Below, one piece after another: positions 63,665 through 64,000 of a stretch of DNA of 64,000 nt (position 1 is its first letter; each line of letters starts with the position of its first letter). Source of the stretch: Escherichia virus TH15; the sequence record MT446392.1, one strand, 5' to 3'. The translations under genes were made by a program, and so were the position numbers. The notes under the pieces were generated by a model. It searched no databases. It was not told the origin of the DNA and saw nothing but the letters and a program-made list of their open reading frames with translations.

Positions 63665-64000
63665 ATGTCATATATTGATAGAGAATTTGCAATCAGAGCT
63701 TTATCGTATCAACCACGTTATAGAGAAGTCACCGGGAGCACATTTAAGGCAAACTGTCGTTGTAAGGTTTGCGGTGACTCCCAGAAAGATTCACACAAGG
63801 CCCGATTCTGGGCGTATACCAATCCGTCTGATGGTGCGGTTTACGTGAAATGTTTTAACTGTGACTACTCCACGCATATAAGCAAATACATAAAAGAGTT
63901 TGAGCCGGATTTGCACCGGGAATATATGGTTGAGAAGTACAAGGAAAACGCCTTCGGTCGACAACGTAATGAAGTTGCAGAAGCTCCGAAAGAACAAGAA
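63665..64000 (+). CDS. 61: DNA primase gp61, N-terminal part (gene runs past window end)
   Basis: Hand-translated open frame from ATG 63665 to the window edge: ...CRCKVCGDSQKDSHKARFWAY...VKCFNCDYSTHISKYIKEFEPDLHREY... resembles the T4 gp61 zinc-binding N-terminus. Confidence 0.75.
   Translation, partial: MSYIDREFAIRALSYQPRYREVTGSTFKANCRCKVCGDSQKDSHKARFWAYTNPSDGAVYVKCFNCDYSTHISKYIKEFEPDLHREYMVEKYKENAFGRQRNEVAEAPKEQE

Overview
This window reads as a 64-kb segment of a T4-like (Tevenvirinae) myovirus genome, colinear with the phage T4 interval gene 7 to gene 61 but in reverse orientation relative to the T4 map. All calls rest on reading the sequence and on recalled T4 protein sequences and gene order; no database search was run, and coordinates of regulatory elements are approximate (+/- 2 nt). 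Layout: positions 1-6386 carry late baseplate genes on the minus strand (7 partial, 6, 5.4, 5.1, 5, 53). From 6405 onward almost everything is on the plus strand: 4, 2, 3, 1, 57A, 57B (Acb1-like 2H phosphoesterase), a block of internal-protein-like genes with capsid-targeting N-termini, a small tRNA cluster (tRNA-Met CAU, tRNA-Arg UCU), then a long run of small accessory ORFs interspersed with nudE, e (lysozyme), denV, regB, tk, nrdC, 55, 47, 46, 45, 44, 62, regA, 43, imm, uvsX, 40, 41 and the start of 61. The accessory ORFs sit behind a recurring early-promoter cassette (GTGTAC/GTTTAC -35, 17-18 bp spacer, TATAAT-like -10 bracketed by an inverted repeat, conserved leader with Shine-Dalgarno), often directly after a hairpin terminator. 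Most notable observations: (1) a tandem array of five paralogous small proteins ending in a W-x-S-S-x-C C-terminus; (2) at least eight ORFs with T4 internal-protein-type capsid-targeting N-termini (MKTYQEFINE-like), one fused directly onto a promoter -10; (3) DNA polymerase gene 43 split into two ORFs by a free-standing GIY-YIG homing endonuclease gene, plus four more homing endonuclease genes in the window; (4) the imm-uvsX and 55-47 intervals lack the dCMP hydroxymethylase and glucosyltransferase genes T4 has there, with a lipoprotein next to imm instead; (5) a macrodomain protein, two Pol-beta-type nucleotidyltransferase-like ORFs and a possible minimal ADP-ribosyltransferase-fold ORF; (6) several paralogue groups whose conserved C-terminal tails coincide with conserved gene-junction sequences.
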